NCBI RefSeq assembly: GCF_001194135.2
Contig: NC_068982.1
Coordinates: 122,450,239-122,486,686, forward strand
Direction: 5' to 3'
Source of the DNA: Octopus bimaculoides
Taxonomy: Eukaryota
DNA length: 36,448 nt
The stretch's first letter is position 1. The number at the start of each line of letters is the position of its first letter. A model generated the notes under the pieces. The model was not told where the DNA came from. It saw only the letters and a list, made by a program, of their open reading frames with translations, and did no database searches. Below, piece by piece: positions 21,727 to 33,757 of this stretch. A program made the translations under genes and the position numbers.

Positions 21727-22784
21727 GCAATGTGTGAATTGTCACCATTTTATATTTTTAATTTCATGCATGCGCAGTGTTTGTTTTTGATTTTGTTGAC
21801 TACACAGTATAGTATGGTCAGTTGGGTACTGACTGTGAGAAACTACAGCCTAGAAGACAAGCCTCATCCTGGAAAATCTGTAGAGCTCAACAAGGACATC
21901 TTGCAAACGTTGTGGGAACAAAATCCCATTGTAATTGTTGACGAACTAGCAAAGAAACTTGGATTTAGTCTTTCAACCATTCATTGACACCTGTGTGCCA
22001 CTGGAAAAGTCAGCAAGTTGGGTCAATGGGTTCCTCACAAACTTTCCGAGCCTAATTACATGCAGAGACTGAATGTGTGCTCTACTTTGCTGTTACATCT
22101 CACGAATGAACCTTTTTTGGACCAAATAGTCACTGATAATGAGAAATGGTTCTTTATAAAAATGTCAAGTGCCGAAGACAGTGGGTAGGGAAAGGAAGAA
22201 CACTGGCACCCCAGTCTAAAAAAGGTCTTCACCTACATAATGTGTTGTTATCTGTTTAGTGGGATATGAAAGGTTTAGTCCACTTTGAACATTTAAACCC
22301 AAACCAAGCAATAACATAGGAAATCCACTGTAAGCAGCTTGAGTGGCTTAAATTAGCACTATAAGAAAAACAAGCATCTTTGGTTTCAAGATGAAAGATG
22401 TTTTTCCATCAGGATAATGCTTGGCCCCATGCAGCGAAGATGAAATTTGAAAGGCTGGAGCAGTTTGAATGGAAAACGATGCCCCACCCACCATATTCGC
22501 CAGACATTGCCTCATCTGATTATCATTTATTTTGCAGTCTTCAAAATCATTTGGACAGGAAAAACATGAATTCTGTAGATGAAGTCAGAACAGTACTGGT
22601 GGAGTATTTTTTGTGATGGACAAGTGAATTTTGGAAGAGGGGCCTTGCAAGTCTACCAGATAGATGGAAGAGCATTGTAGAAAATGAAGGAGAGTATATT
22701 TTAGATGAAAAAAGAACTTTGTTCATCTTAATTTTGAAAAATAAAAGAAGTATTAAAAACCACATTATTTATGGGATGACCCAA
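21721..22784 (+). mobile_element. Decayed mariner (DD34D) element lacking the transposase N-terminus
   Basis: SLEDKPHPGK, KLGQWVPHKL, IVTDNEKW, HQDNAWPH and YSPDIASSDY; 34 residues separate the second and third Asp. Several stops and frameshifts. Right end ttatttatgggatgacccaa followed by TA. Confidence 0.92.
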
Positions 22785-22909
22785 TATATTTATATACAGG
22801 AAGCCTCTGTTAACCTGTGTAGAACAGATACTGTTTGATATTTTCTTTTGAAAGTATATGCTAATCTCTTTTATCTCCAATGTTTATCAGAGAAAAATAC
22901 ACAGACACA

Positions 22910-22981
<72 letters not shown>

Positions 22982-23380
22982 NNNNNNNNNNNNNNNNNNN
23001 NNNNNNNNNNNNNNNNNNNNNNNNNNNNNNNNNNNNNNNNNNNNNNNNNNNNNNNNNNNNNNNNNNNNNNNNNNNNNNNNNNNNNNNNNNNNNNNNNNNN
23101 NNNNNNNNNNNNNNNNNNNNNNNNNNNNNNNNNNNNNNNNNNNNNNNNNNNNNNNNNNNNNNNNNNNNNNNNNNNNNNNNNNNNNNNNNNNNNNNNNNNN
23201 NNNNNNNNNNNNNNNNNNNNNNNNNNNNNNNNNNNNNNNNNNNNNNNNNNNNNNNNNNNNNNNNNNNNNNNNNNNNNNNNNNNNNNNNNNNNNNNNNNNN
23301 NNNNNNNNNNNNNNNNNNNNNNNNNNNNNNNNNNNNNNNNNNNNNNNNNNNNNNNNNNNNNNNNNNNNNNNNNNNNNNNN
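22982..23380. other. Assembly gap (399 N)
   Basis: Run of N after an ~80-bp (AC)n tract. Confidence 0.99.
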
Positions 23381-23398
23381 TATATATATGTACATACA

Positions 23399-24450
23399 TA
23401 AACAGTGTTATTTGGAAAGTCACTGTACACTTTTATAAGTTTATCTGTATTACTCTCTCATTATCAAAGTTCATTTCTAACTCACCTTGCACTTTTATAA
23501 TTGATTTATTTGTATTTCAGATTTCGTTATGGCAGAGGCATAGCATTGATCATTGAGGAATGTGTTTTTCTCTTCAAATACATATTTTGAGAAGGCAGTC
23601 ATTACAGAGACTTAGTATGACAGGAGTTTGTTGACAAATTTCCAGATGCAGTTGTTTCACATTGCTATACCATTTTTAATCATTGTATCACCATTTGTAA
23701 TCACTATGTCAAACAGACTATTTAATGTTGTTATATATTGCTGGTTGCAATGTGCTTCCTGGCATTGTTGTATCTTTTAAATGATGCAATTCCACTGATC
23801 AGAATTCCAATCTGTCACAAGCATTACTCATTTACAATTGATTGGACCAAAGCATCGCGAAATAAAGAGTTTTGCTCAAGAGCACAACACACTGACAATC
23901 TGGGATTTAAAACCACAATGTCATGGTCAGGAATCTAACACAATAATCACTAGGCCTTGCACTTTCACACCATTTTTAATACCATAGATAAATTCTATGG
24001 AAGGAGTTCAATAGAAGATGCCAAACATAATGGAAGACCATCAGAGCGAACCAAATAAATGTTATATATTTTTGACTGCATGCTGCTTAATCATCAAAAT
24101 CATTATGAAAATCAGTGCAGCAGTAGGATATTGATCTTGCAACTGCTCAAAACAAAATCAAAGCTCTTCTCATATAGTCATGCCAATATAAGAAATAAAA
24201 GCAACTGATCGTGAAAAGCAACAATGTTATCGCAGATAGTTTAACCTATTTATTGAATAGGAAACTGCTAATGCGTTAGATATCATTACTCTTTTGCAGA
24301 TGATGCTTGCTTCCATTTCTTGTGTTACATCAGTTCACAAAACATGATTGTAGTCAAACTATAATTCTCACAATTTGCATGGAACACCTCTACATGATCT
24401 AAAAGCTGGACTACTGGTTCTGATTTCAGGCCATTTCACTGTCAGCCTTC
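23399..24450 (+). mobile_element. Highly decayed Tc1/mariner-superfamily element (DUF4817-like N-terminus), interrupted around 23690-23975
   Basis: Left end acagtgttatttggaaagtcactgtacact; IIEECVFLFKYIF*EGSHYRDLV*QEFVDKFPD; IDKFYGRSSIEDAKHNGRPS; YSFADDACFHFLCYISSQN, resembling the FxDEAxFHLxGxVNSQN first-Asp motif. Confidence 0.6.
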
Positions 24451-24609
24451 TTTCCTTTACAAACATAACAATGAGCCTTGTTATCCTGAGATTCCTCTTG
24501 ACTTCATCAGGCAAATGACTTAAGAGGAAATTAATTACTCATGGTTTCAATAAAATGCACCACTGTCCACACATCTAACACGCCTGGGGCTAAACAACAA
24601 CAACTAACA

Positions 24610-24831
24610 ACATCATCATCATTCTTAACGTCCGCTTTTCCATGCTTCCATTGGTCAAACAGAATTTGTTGAGGTGGATTTTCTAAGCCCAGATTCCCTT
24701 CCTGTCACCAACCCTCATGTGTTTGCCCATGACCAGGCATGTTTTTATGAAGGTTGGAAACAAAGGATATGGCTTGCATGATGGTGACACTCAGTTACAA
24801 CTATCATGTGATGTCAAGTCAAGGAAACAGT

Positions 24832-24870
<39 letters not shown>

Positions 24871-25010
24871 CCATAATTGAACCTTTTTTAGCTACCCAGT
24901 CCATTCATAAGGTTTTGCTCAAGGCTTTAGTTGAAGGATCTTGCCCAAGGTTCCATGCAGTGAGACTGAGCTCAGAACCATGAGGTAAGGAAGCAAACTT
25001 CTTATCACAC
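24610..25010 (-). mobile_element. Full-length SINE with the same head as 21041-21437 but tail type B (RTE-like, (GAT)n)
   Basis: Reverse complement reads head (aagaagtttgcttcc...gaaccttgggcaag), then (TG)n, then ...gacaggaaggg...gcggacgttaagaatgatgatg. Confidence 0.7.
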
Positions 25011-25736
25011 AGTCACACAGTCACACCCATGCCTATATCCACATCAGTACCCATATCCACACCTGTGCTTATATCCAAATATAACAATATCTTAGTATTT
25101 GTCCCCTACCACTCCTCTAGGAACATCAGGTGAATAGGGATCTTGATGAGATCTCCATCTCTCATGGGTACAGGTTCCATCATGAGTGTGCACCCAGGTC
25201 AGGTTTCCTCCTCAGTCCTAAACCAGCTCTTGGTAAGTCTGTTATATCTCCTGCATCCACTCTCTGGCTTCCAATAATATTACAGCTAAAATATTTTCTT
25301 ACATTCACAGATTTTCTGTAAATGAGAAAGATGTAACTGTGATGTTTCATCAGTGCATTGATAATGAAAACAAAATCAGTGCAAAATGGGAATCAAAACT
25401 GGAGTGAATATGAACAACTGGCTTGCAAACAACATGCTGTCAATTTTAACAGCAATGATATGCATACCCACAAGACACATATGAGAACAAATATAGTTTT
25501 TCCAAATGCTCTGTCGAAACATTATTTAATTAGTAACAATGTTTTTGTTGAATGTTCACCTATATTTTCCTCTTTCTTCTTACCCATGCCACTTTTTACT
25601 GGTCTCATTAGCATCTTTCTCATACTTTCATTCAGTTACTTGTTCTGTTTCTGCATATAGTCTACCCTTCAGATAAAGCTGCTTCCCATGTCATATAGAC
25701 TCATAAGGCTGGTTCCCATGGATTCCGTGGTGTATA

Positions 25737-26592
25737 CAAGAGGGTACCCAAAAGAAACCCAAATTTTGCAATATTATTTAATTCACTTAGTTTTACATGT
25801 TTACACTTTTATTGCCTTCAAAGTATCTTCCATGTGAAGCACTACATTGGTCCAGGCACATTTTCCACTATTCAAAGCAGTGCTGGAACTCTTGCGATGT
25901 GATGCCATTTAATACCTCTGTTGTTTTTTTCTTCACCTCTTCCACATCTGCAAATTCCATAGCATCAGCTTTCATCACCAGTGGTGACCTCCAAGGAAAA
26001 GTCCAGATCAACTTCCAACTGTTCTTTCAGTTCATGACATATATTTAGTCATGACTGCTTTTGGGCTTCCATGAGCAAGCAATGAACAAATTTTGCTATA
26101 ACTCTTTTCATTTGCAATTCCTCATTCAAAATTCGTTGGCAGGAGCACCAGGACACACCAGTCATACCAACAAGTTTATCAATTGTTTGGTGATGATCCT
26201 CCAAGATCAATTCATAAATTTTCATGTTTTCACACGTTCAGGAGGTCAATGGTTGTCCTGAACAAGGTTGTAAACTTGTGTTTTGCTCATGGCAGCATCC
26301 TTGTAAGCAGTTTGAAGTATGACAACTGTTTTGGCAGCTGTTTTCCCAGCAGAAAACAGAATTTCATAGAAGCACACTGTCCATTCATTTCAGCCATCGC
26401 AAAAATTGGCAAACAGAGGAGAAGCACAGTAAAACAAAGATGCACCATGTGACAGTACAACTTAACCAGATGTCGCTGGTTGGCAGACTGATGCCTGAGG
26501 GACACATCAAGTGGCTTCTAGTGGCAGAAGCCTGAGCTACAATGGGTTTGTTCCACAGAGAACGTTTCCAATTACTTTTGGGTACCCCCTCA
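25737..26592 (-). mobile_element. Internally deleted mariner (irritans-like motifs) inserted into a SINE
   Basis: TIRs caagagggtacccaaaag versus tgagggggtacccaaaag (15/18), TA flanks. MAEMNGQCASMKFCFLLGK...IAKFVHCLL...TTGDES*CYG joins directly to FADVEEVKKKTTEVL...GRYFEG. Confidence 0.88.
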
Positions 26593-28673
26593 TATATTCG
26601 CCACTGGACAGGACATCAGACTCACAGGAATACTCATTTTTGTTAGCTGAGTGGACTGGAGCAACATGAAATGGAGTGTTTTGCTCAAGAACACAACTCA
26701 TCTTCCAGTCCAGGAATTGAAACCACAGTCTTACAATCATGATTCCAACACTCTAAACACTAAGCCATGTCCTCCACAGTCCACCCTTCAGATAAATTAA
26801 AGGTTTTCTTTCACGTTTATTTTTGATTAATGTTTTGTTGGAGCAGTAAAGTTTTGAAATCCACAATAATATTAGCAATTTTGGAGGAGGGGTTAAGTCG
26901 ATTACATCGACTCCAGTGTTCAAATGGTACTTATATTATCATCCCCAAAAGGATGAAAGGCAAACTTGATCTTAGTGGGATTTGAACTAACAACATAAAG
27001 ACAGGTGAAATGCTGCTAAGAATTTTGCCCAGTGTGCTAACAATTGTGCCATCTCACTGCTTTAAAATCCACAGTAATATTAGCATTTCAAGACCTTCTC
27101 TGACCTTCATGCAAATATTTGTATTGATGATTGATACTTGCGTTCTTTTTTCTTTTAAATTTTAGGAAAGGGAGAACAATAGGATCGTTGTTTATGTCTC
27201 TGAGTGTTGTGTGTTATATGTAAATTGTATAACCATTGGCATAGAATTTCTCTTTGCTATTACATTGTAATCTGATCGTTAATATTGTGCTTGAATACAT
27301 TACAAGGGTGTATTATTTATATACTGAATTTTGGGTAATGTTTGTCTACTAATACAATTGATTGCATGACCAATTTTGTCAAGGTGTTCTGTGCATGAGA
27401 GTTATGTTTTCACTATGCTTTTCTGCTTAGTTTGTCGGTCAAACATCTTGTTGCAGACATATGACCCATCAATGAAGAAAGTGTAGTACCTACACCCAAC
27501 AAGGAAGCTTCTATGCAATTAGTTGACCTGTTAGAAATTGCAGCTGAATTTCCTTCAAATCAAAGCATATCACTTTTAAGGAGGAAGGATACATTGAACA
27601 ATGTAATCCTAGATATGCAAAAAGGAAGGGTATGTTCATAGCTGGAATTATTTTGATAACTATCTTTGAAACTGTAGGTTTGTTAGATCAGGAAGAAACT
27701 TTGACTAAACCACAACATCTATATTGGTGAAATGCATGACTTTTGTGATTAATACATTTGTTGGTGAAAAATCCATTAAACTGAGGTTTTTAAGTAGAAG
27801 TTCCTTGTGTTATATTTTTCCTAGCTGAGTTGTACAGATGCTACCAAGCAGAGGAAAGCTGTCTGAAATATTGAAAGAAATATTATGGTGAAAGAAATAT
27901 TATAATGAAAGAAATATTATGGTGGACAATATTAAGACAGCTGAAGACAGGCATTTTCCTCTTTTGCCAAGCCTTCATTAACTTCTCCATCCTCACCTTC
28001 AACTTGGAGAGGTAGGTTTGTCCTTGTCCAACAAACCCACAATTTTGAAAGTAATTATCAAAACAATTTTAGCTATAACCATCTCTTCTTTGTATGTCTA
28101 GGATTACGTTGTTCAATGTATCCTTCCTTTTCAAAAGTGATATACTGATTTTAAAGAAATTCAGCTTCTCTTTCTAGCTGATTAGAGTAAGAGGTATTGC
28201 TCTCCAGCAAATTTCCTGGGAGGTGACTGAAAGTGACAAAAATAACCCTGGTGACTGGGCCTACTCTGCATAAGTTTTACTAGACTGGATAGCACAACTG
28301 GGCAGCACAAGAGGAGGCTCTTGCACTTTATGGTAAAGTGATTATTGAATCTATTGGAACATCTCATTTGATTCCTTTTGTATACTGTTGTTTTCCATGC
28401 CTGAATCAATTCTATGTAAACCCTACCATTAATAATTTATTCTTTTAATTCATTGCCTTTCGGTGTGGCAAATAAAAGAAATCATAACTGGTGACAAAAT
28501 GCTTAATGGCATTTCTTCCACTTCTATGCATTCTGAGATCAAATCCCACTGAAGTCAAATTTGTCTTTCAGCCTTTCAGGAGCTGATAAAATAAAGTACC
28601 AGTCAAGCACTGGGGTTGATACAGTCAACTTTCCCACTACCTCAAAATTGCTGATCTTGTGTTAAAATTAGGA

Positions 28674-29041
28674 ATTATTATTATTAATGAGTAAGAGAGC
28701 AGTGCATGCCATCAAAGTGACACTGGGGTAAAATATACGAAGCCCAGTATACCCATCATGACTACCCGTCTGATAAAGGTACACCAGGCACATGCATCAC
28801 AACCATATGTGCACGACATGGTGATCTCATATCAAGAGAAACAGCGCACGACCTCGCAGGTAGGGCTCAGTTAGAAATTTCTTCAGGTCGAGTAGCCCAT
28901 CCCGCTCAAAAGGTCCCTGAATAAGGTTTAAAGATGTTGAGCAAAACACCCATGTTTCCAAAGGTGAATTATTCAAACCCCAAAGAATTTCTCTCAACAC
29001 ATGGCTCTGATGCTCCCCCACTACTTCTGCTCGTGATCAGA
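28674..29041 (-). mobile_element. 3' end of a non-LTR retroelement with a (TAA)n tail, adjoining (ATT)n arrays
   Basis: GC-richer block whose reverse complement ends gcatgcactgctctcttactcattaataataataat, with (ATT)n at both edges. Recognised from memory as a common repeat; clade uncertain. Confidence 0.55.
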
Positions 29042-29042
29042 A

Positions 29043-29087
<45 letters not shown>

Positions 29088-29242
29088 CATTATTATTATT
29101 ATTTTCTCTCTTGAGGTGTGGTGCAGTCTTTTGTTGTATTACTGCTTAAATTGTGTGTTGAATGTGTAATGCATTAGTTATCTCGCTTGCTGGTGGAAGT
29201 TTATTATTATTATCATTATTATTATTATCATTATTATTATTA

Positions 29243-29309
<67 letters not shown>

Positions 29310-29310
29310 G
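29041..29310. repeat. (ATT)n microsatellite arrays
   Basis: Two long ATT tracts at ~29041-29102 and ~29202-29310. Confidence 0.97.
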
Positions 29311-29859
29311 TCATTATATGTAAACCCCAATACTTTATGTCTGTCTTTGTATTGTTCCCCTCATCCTTCGCTCTTGTGGCAAATAAATGAAATCATCATC
29401 ATCATCATTATTATTATTCTGTAGCCTTATTTTTATTATGTGTGTTCACTGCACTACTGAGTGCAGCACTGTGTGCCTTGGGTATGTACAGTAATTTGTT
29501 TTGGTGCTGTTATTTTCATTATATTTAAAGTGTTTTACGTAGGATGTATGTGGTGCCTAACAGTGATATTTTCTGTGTGTTATATATATATTCAGAAGTC
29601 CTGGTGCTTTGGTATTTGTATTGTCATTATTATTAATATTTAAGGTGGTGAATTGTTTGCATGTTGGACAAAATGCTTAGCAGTATTTTGTCTGTCTTTA
29701 CATTTTTAGTTCAAATTCCACCAAGGTCAACTTTGCCTTTCTTCCCATGGGAGCGTTCGATTAAATAAGTACTTGTACTGGGGTCAATGTAAACAACTTC
29801 CTCCTCCATTCTAACTCTGCTGGACCTGTGCCAAAATCTGAAACCATTATTATTATTAT

Positions 29860-30462
29860 TGGAATTTGAAATTTGAAATCTGAAATCGAAATCGAACTGA
29901 ATCTGACGACTGGCACCCATGCCAACCTCTCCTTCATTGGACACTAAACTCTGCTTGCAAAGACCTGTTGGAGCAAGTAAAATCGTAATTGAACCATACT
30001 CGATGACTGGCACCTGCGCCAGTGGAGCACTAACAGCAATGTCCGAGCATGTTCATTGCCAGAGCAACTGTCTGGCTTCCATGCTAGTGGCCCGTAAATA
30101 GGACTATTTGAGCGTAATCATTACCAGCATTGCCTTTTAGCACTTGTGCTGGTGGCACGTTAGAAAATCATTTGAGCGAGGTCATTGCCAGTGTCGCTGG
30201 ACTGGTTCCCATGCAGGTGGCACGTAAAAAAACAACTTTTTGAGCATGACTGTTGCCAGTACCGTGTGACTGGCCCTCATGCCAGTGGCACGTAAAAACA
30301 CCCACTACACTCTCGGAGTGGTTGGTGTTAGGAAGGGCATCCAGCTGTAGAAACTCTGCCAGATCAGATTGGAGCCTGGTGCAGCCTTCTGGCTTGCCAG
30401 TCCTCGGTCAAATCGTCCAACCCATGCTAGCATGGAAAGCGGACGTTAAACGATGATGATGA
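29860..30462 (+). mobile_element. RTE-clade LINE 3' UTR and tail
   Basis: Collinear with ~10330-10848, including four gtgcYRgtggcac-type sub-repeats and gcggacgttaaacgatgatgatg. Confidence 0.85.
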
Positions 30463-30811
30463 TATCCATTTTACTTCTCAGAGCTCTTGATTTCACTTGC
30501 TTTATTTATCCAAATAATCTAAATAACTTCCCTTAAAGTTTAGTCATACATTAACTACTTCTGACATTCTTTCACACATTTTCCTCCCCTTAATCTCCAA
30601 TATTGTTCTGTTTATCAACTGTTTCCTTTTCACAAGTTTGTAGCCTTGTACCGATTAATTTCACTCACAAGCCTTGGGCAACCTAAGACAATGGTATCTG
30701 CCACTTGCCCAAAATGCTATGCAGTGGAGCTGAACCCAGAATTTCATGATTGCGAAGCTTCAGTTGGTACAACTTGTATCTGTATGTTTGTGTGTATGTG
30801 CATGTGTGCAT

Positions 30812-30931
<120 letters not shown>

Positions 30932-31374
30932 CCAGAGCTGCTGGAAGGCATCTTACATCTTTAATCCTGTATGTACAATTCATGAGACAGGACTACAACA
31001 AAGCCCTTGTTAACCTCCTTTCTTAAACTATTACACAGGCCAACTCCAATTGCCAAAGTGTGTTCTCAGCCAGAAGCAGTGTCCTTCATCTTGACACCAG
31101 CAAAGAAAAAGAAAAAAAAAATGCAAAAGCAAAAACTGCATACTGTATACATTTATGATGAATAGTATCTCACATGTACCTGTTGTGTCATCTTCTGTAG
31201 AGCTGAAAATGCTGTAAAAGCAAGAATTTTTGGGGGTGGGTAGTGTGGAGCATATCTAATTAGGGGGTTACATTTTCAAACTCTTCCTCTTTATGTTAGA
31301 CATAAACTTTACATAAAGTGTACTTGAACTTGATGCTAGTCATTCATTTCCCCTTTGGCGAATGAGATAGCTGT

Positions 31375-31469
31375 TGGTGATGCTGTTGTTGTTGTTGCTG
31401 TTGTTGCTGTTGTTGTTGTTGCTGTTGTTGTTGTTGATGATGGTGATGATGATGATGATGATGATGATG
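31375..31469. repeat. Compound (GTT/GCT)n-(GAT)n microsatellite
   Basis: Directly visible in the sequence. Confidence 0.95.
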
Positions 31470-32761
31470 TATTCTAATTTATTGCAATTATTTCTGTTAT
31501 TTTTATATAGCAACTTTGGTATTTATGCTATTGTACTAAGTATAATCTTTACACATACAGCTGCTGCTACACACAAAAAAAAGAAAAAGAATGTCATGGT
31601 GTACTGTAGCTTACTCTTGTTTTCAAGGAGGTACATGGGTGAGATAGATGCAGCGTAGCTGAATGATTATCAAGTAAGCTTTGTGATCATGAGGTTTTGC
31701 GTTCAATCCTACTGCATGACATTTCAGGCAAGAGCCAGATAACATTGCTTCAAGTTGACCCAAGTCTTGTAGGTGAAAGTGGGGAGATAGAAACAGTTAG
31801 GAAGCTTGTTAGGTCAGATAAACTCTACCTGTTATTCAAAAGTCTCCAGCTTTGTCATACTGTATAATATGGATTCCACCTGATGATAATGTTAAAAGGA
31901 ATACTCAGCCACTTAGCTGCTAATACAATGAGTAGGCAATTCAGTTGATTGAACAACTGAATACTCAGTATTGAAACTGAAGGAGACCCAGCTATTTGGT
32001 TGAAGGACATCATTCCTCTTGATAAAGGCGTCAGTGTACCAACAGCTCTGCATGCAAAAATATTATACAATAAACACAAACAACTTGTACTTCCATGTGT
32101 TTATTCATTTACATCAAGGTGGACTGAACCACCAAGAGTTAAGAGCCTTTTCCTAAGATGTACACCAGTTTAATAACAGGATGCAGACCTTCAACTCTTC
32201 AGCCTATACAATAGTATGTAACTCTAAAATTCTTGACTCTTCCCTGCAACTTCTTGTAAATTAAACAAGTAATTTAACAACCTAACAAATCTCCTTCAAA
32301 TCATATCCTACCATCTGGATAATACAGTCTTTGGTAACTATATCTGAAAAAAAAAAAAAAAAAAAAGATGGAATGATCATGGCTAGAACATCTTTAATTA
32401 CAGGTCTGCTCAATCAAAAATTACTTGTGGTAAAACAACAGTAGTAACAATTTAAAGAGAAATACTTATTTTCTATTCTATTTCATTCTGTACACATTGG
32501 TTTTGAATTGATTTCAATTTAGGAAAATAAAAAAAAAAAAATAAAATAAAAGGACCTTCACTAGTGTTACATATTTGAACAACTTGACTTTATTGAATAA
32601 AAATTTGTGAACTACAAAACTGTAAATTCAAGACTGAGAGAAAGGCAAAATTTGAATCCTGCATATAAAATACTAACTTAAGTATTCTACTGTTGAACAA
32701 ATATAAACCTAGAAGAGTTCAAATTGCATTAACATCACCCAGTTATAGTTATCTTTTAGAT

Positions 32762-33708
32762 CAGTGATTCTTAACCTGGAGACATAATGAGTTCACAAGG
32801 AAATGGGGTACCACAGGGGAGGTTGCACTATGGTGGAGAGGGTGCTGTTTATTTAGAGGGGTCTTGATTTCTCTTAGAAATAAAATATTTAAACCGTGTA
32901 CAAAATACTTATATTTTAAGCACATTTTCAAAAAAATCTTTGTCAGGATTAAAATATAAGTAGGACATTGAGATATCAGAAAAGAGGACTTATTACGTAC
33001 CAGGGTTGAGTATAATAATTTCATAATGTGTTTGTGTCTTCAATAATTTCCATAAAAATTTGATATATGATGCAATAGTCAATGGAAATATCTAAAACGC
33101 AGCACAAGCTGGATGGGGTAGTATTAAACAATATAGATAATATAGATAATATAGGTGCAAGTGTAGCTGTGTGATAAGAAGTTTGCTTCCCAACCACATG
33201 GTTCTGGGTTCAATCCCACTGCATGACACCTTGAGCAAATGTCTTCTACTATAGCCACAGGCCAACCAAAGCCTTGTGAGTGGATTTTCAGGACAGAAAC
33301 TGAAAGAAGCTTGTCATCATCATCATCATCATCATTTAACGTCCATTCTCCATGCTGATATGGGTTGGATGGTATGACCAGAGATGGCAAGCTAGGGTTG
33401 GAAGTTGGGGAGAGGATGCACCAGATCCCAATCTGATTTGGCATGGTTTCTGTGGCCAGATGCCTTTCCTAACACCAGCCACTTTACTGAGTGTACTCGA
33501 TGATTTTACATAGCACTGCATGAGCACTTTTACATGGCACTGCATGGGTGCTCCTATGCGGCCATCACACAGGCGCTTTTACGTGGCACTGCCATGTATG
33601 TATGTATGTATGTATGTATGTATGTATGAATGTATGTTTGTATGTATGTGTAGTGGCTTCATGCAGGCATGGTGTGGATTAGATGAGTCATCACAGTTGG
33701 AGCCAGCT

Positions 33709-33757
<49 letters not shown>

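Noticed and set aside
22848-23556. Longest ORFs in the supplied track
   Set aside because: Artefacts of (AC)n plus a 399-N gap; the same applies to ORFs over 8865-8964 and 15433-15513.
28177-28345. Plus-strand acceptor followed by LIRVRGIALQQISWEVTESDKNNPGDWAYSA*
   Set aside because: Short, stops early, is unrecognised and has no partner exons that I can support.
31340-31480. Minus-strand poly-His/poly-Gln reading with mixed CAA/CAG and CAT/CAC codons
   Set aside because: Stops flank it closely, there is no pyrimidine-rich acceptor or donor before the stop, and slippage can propagate CAG interruptions.
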